This document shows positions 61,221-64,000 of a stretch of 64,000 nt of DNA, piece after piece; the first letter of the stretch is position 1; each line of letters begins with the position of its first letter. The notes beneath the pieces were generated by a model, which was not told the DNA's origin, did not search any database, and worked only from the letters and a program-made list of their open reading frames with translations. The position numbers were made by a program, and so were the translations under genes. The DNA is from Convolutriloba macropyga. Lineage: Eukaryota. The stretch is taken from the NCBI RefSeq assembly GCF_964194025.1, contig NC_134479.1, positions 21,576,001-21,640,000 on the forward strand, read 5' to 3'.

Positions 61221-62337
61221 ATGGCTATTCTGTTCATAAACAATCGATTGTTGTACCAACTGCTTTTTATGCTTTTCGTTCTAACACAGATTAGTTACAC
61301 CCTTAATATTCTCGTGGTATCTACATGTTATACTGGCCATTTAACCCCAACATTAGCCATCATTCGGAAACTTTTCTCACGAGGACATACTGCGGATTTT
61401 TTAACGAGTGGCCATTGTTGCCAGGCTAAAATCCAGAATGGGCTACCAAACAGAGTTGATTGCTTGGATCGCGGGATCATATTTTTGGAGGAAGTTGACG
61501 TGAACGACCCTATACAAGCCATAAAGCAATTTCGAGAAATCGCGGCTGAAAATGGAACTGGCTTAGCTTTCCAAGAAGTGAACAAACGTTTGAGTAGTAA
61601 ACCAGGAACGTATGACGTAATGATAGCCGATTGGGCTCTCTTGGGAGCTACAATAGCTTCAGAGTTGCATAAAATTCCAGTTGTTACGAGCTATATCGGA
61701 ACATTGTTTTTGGCGCTGCAAGATGATCCAAATATTCAACCTAGACTTAGCTACGTTCCTGAACCATTCAAGTTTTTTGGAGATTTTGTGGAATTTTTAA
61801 TAGCGTATGTCTACCATAAAACAGCCTCAGGCCCTGCTTTCAATATCGTTGTTGAAATTAACAAAAAATTTAATATGGAACCCAAAATTCAAAATTATGG
61901 TCTTACGTTTCTGCTGCCAAGCTCGTATTTTTACGCATTTTCAAACTTAATTCACTTTGGCCCCCCTAATGTATTCACGCCCAGTACAATTTTTATGACT
62001 GAAAAGACGAACGTTCATCATGTTGGTTATTTCCCGGAGAAAGACTTTTACCAAAAACTTGATAAAAAAGTTGAACATTTTGTCAAAAATTCGAAAACTC
62101 CAGTTATTTATATTTCATTGGGAACACTATTTAAAACGGAAGTTTCGAAACTTGAGAAGATTGTCAGTGATTTATCAATCCAACGAGAGTTTTCATTTAT
62201 CTGGTCAGCTTCTGATTTTTGTTTTGAAAAACTGAAGTCCTTGGAATTACCCGAAAACAACTTGATAATCGTTAACAATGTAGCGCAATTAACTTTACTG
62301 ATGGAAGAGAAGGTTTTGGCTTTTTTGTCTCATGCAG
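61221..62337 (+). CDS. UGT copy D, exon 1 (exon 2 lies beyond the window)
   Basis: ATG 61221; same 1117-bp length as copies A and C; ends SHA-G at CAG|GTAAAG. Confidence 0.92.
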
Positions 62338-62814
62338 GTAAAGTATTTTTAATCTTTTTCTTGAAGAGTTGCTTTGTTATTTTACTTCCCAGAACTCACG
62401 AGTCTCATGTGAACTCCTTAACATTGGCAAGTCAATTATTGCTGAGATCATCTTTTTTGAGATGAAAATTGAAACAATTTTAATAAAAACGCCCAGAAAA
62501 CAAATTGAATGTTGAGTTTTTAATTTTTTCTCTCACTAAGCAATCACCATTAGAACTTTTTATGGTGGAAAAAAAGCTTTGTTAATTTGTCAAAATGCCG
62601 ATGAAGGACTATATTTTGTCTCAAAACATCAACTAAATCTATTGATGATCAAAATCTCATGGATTTGAATTTGAGTAAACAAAAAATTGTAAAAAATGAA
62701 AAAATTTTAACATTTGAAACCGTTTTAAGTTGTTCATTCTCTGTTCAGCGTTGTTTATATCATTTTCTATGATAGATGACAACTTAAACAGTTCAGTTTC
62801 AGTCATTCTCTATT

Positions 62815-62829
62815 TCTCTCTCTCTCTCC

Positions 62830-62865
<36 letters not shown>
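62815..62865. repeat. (CT)n microsatellite
   Basis: Directly visible. Confidence 0.95.
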
Positions 62866-62867
<2 letters not shown>

Positions 62868-64000
62868 ATGCAAGACTCCTGTGAAAAACGCTTATGTTCA
62901 CCCAAATTGTGACTCAAAATTTGCTGAAGTTTACCTACCTTCTTTTGAAATTTATAAATGATTAATAAAATCAAATACAAATTCTAAAAATATGAATAAT
63001 TCTTTTTTTTAAACTAAATAAGTTTTGAAACGCGCCTTTGAAAATTAAAGGAAGTAAGAACATAGTGGCATCGCAATTATTTATATACTGTACTCTTTTG
63101 AGACCTGAAATTTTTTCCATATATCGGCAATCTATAAAGATTTAAGGCTAAAACTGTCAATTGAGGAACATATATTTAGTTATTGTTTGTTTCTTTAAAT
63201 TCTCTTTAAAACTGACGTATCTTCGCGTCAACAGAATTGATTAATTGACAGGTTTTACTAAAAGCTGCAGCTAATGCATATATATTTGGCAGAAGCATTA
63301 TTATTAGAGTAGGTTTTTAGATCACTTTTTCCTAAGAGCTGTCCCACTCCACAGCTTTTATTATATGTAATTTCTTGACTTGTGAAATTAATAACGAAAT
63401 CTAAAAATAAATAATCCTAAAATATTTCATCACAGACATAGGTAAAAAGCTCGAGAAAGCCGAAATATGACATTTTTCTGGACAAAAAGAGTGCCTTTTC
63501 TATTTTTTGTAGGGATATTTGGTGTTGACTTTTTGTTCCCACTTAAATTTGAAATCAAAAAGTATTCATAAGTTTTCTGTTTATCGTCCAACTCAACAAG
63601 TGGCTTTTGCATAACTTGGCGCAACAGCAGTTTGTTAGTCACTATATTTTTTTAATTCCCAAACTCTCCTTATATGCACCGTTGAAAGAAAAGTAGAAAA
63701 GAAAAGACATTGATATAGCTTGTTGCTGCCACCTTTCTCTTTTTAGCGGAAAGAATTAACCATTGAATTGAATGAGAACTTAAGAAAATTGTTGCAACAT
63801 GTAGTCCAAAAATCCAAAATTTATTGTCATAATATTGAATTACATCAGAAAATAAACAGCAAAAACTTCAGAAATTAAACCTTCAAATAGATATCTCCCA
63901 TCAACTTTGTGTCCAGAAATGTCATTTTTATGAGATTTTTTTGAGCAATAAACAATTTACTAGTCAAGAAACGGTTTGATATAGTTTAATGATAAGCAAG

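Overview
AT-rich eukaryotic (probably invertebrate) genomic DNA with three N-gaps. The host content is a tandem array of four paralogous two-exon UDP-glycosyltransferase (UGT) genes on the + strand. All share a phase-1 intron splitting the HAG|GNS signature; copies A-C are complete and copy D lacks exon 2 in this window. The 19.7-kb intron of copy A holds a full-length but partly decayed 14,735-bp Maverick/Polinton (adintovirus-like endogenous virus) at 9261-23995, with 160-bp TIRs and a 6-bp CCTATA target-site duplication. It encodes protein-primed PolB, rve integrase, major and minor capsid proteins, an adenain-like protease, an A32-type ATPase and several accessory proteins. Unusual features of this element: (i) about 20 dispersed GC-rich triloop mini-hairpins (including five exact GCGAAGC), several apparently inserted in-frame into genes; (ii) a 65-nt fold-back hairpin at each extreme terminus; (iii) protease and packaging ATPase fused in one reading frame through an Asp/Asn linker; (iv) four head-to-head gene pairs with only 16-57 bp between ATGs and a shared ATAAAAATG-type start; (v) an intact capsid block amid otherwise broken genes. 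The remainder is intronic or intergenic DNA with decayed LINEs, MITEs and satellites. All calls were made by eye from motifs; no database searches were run.
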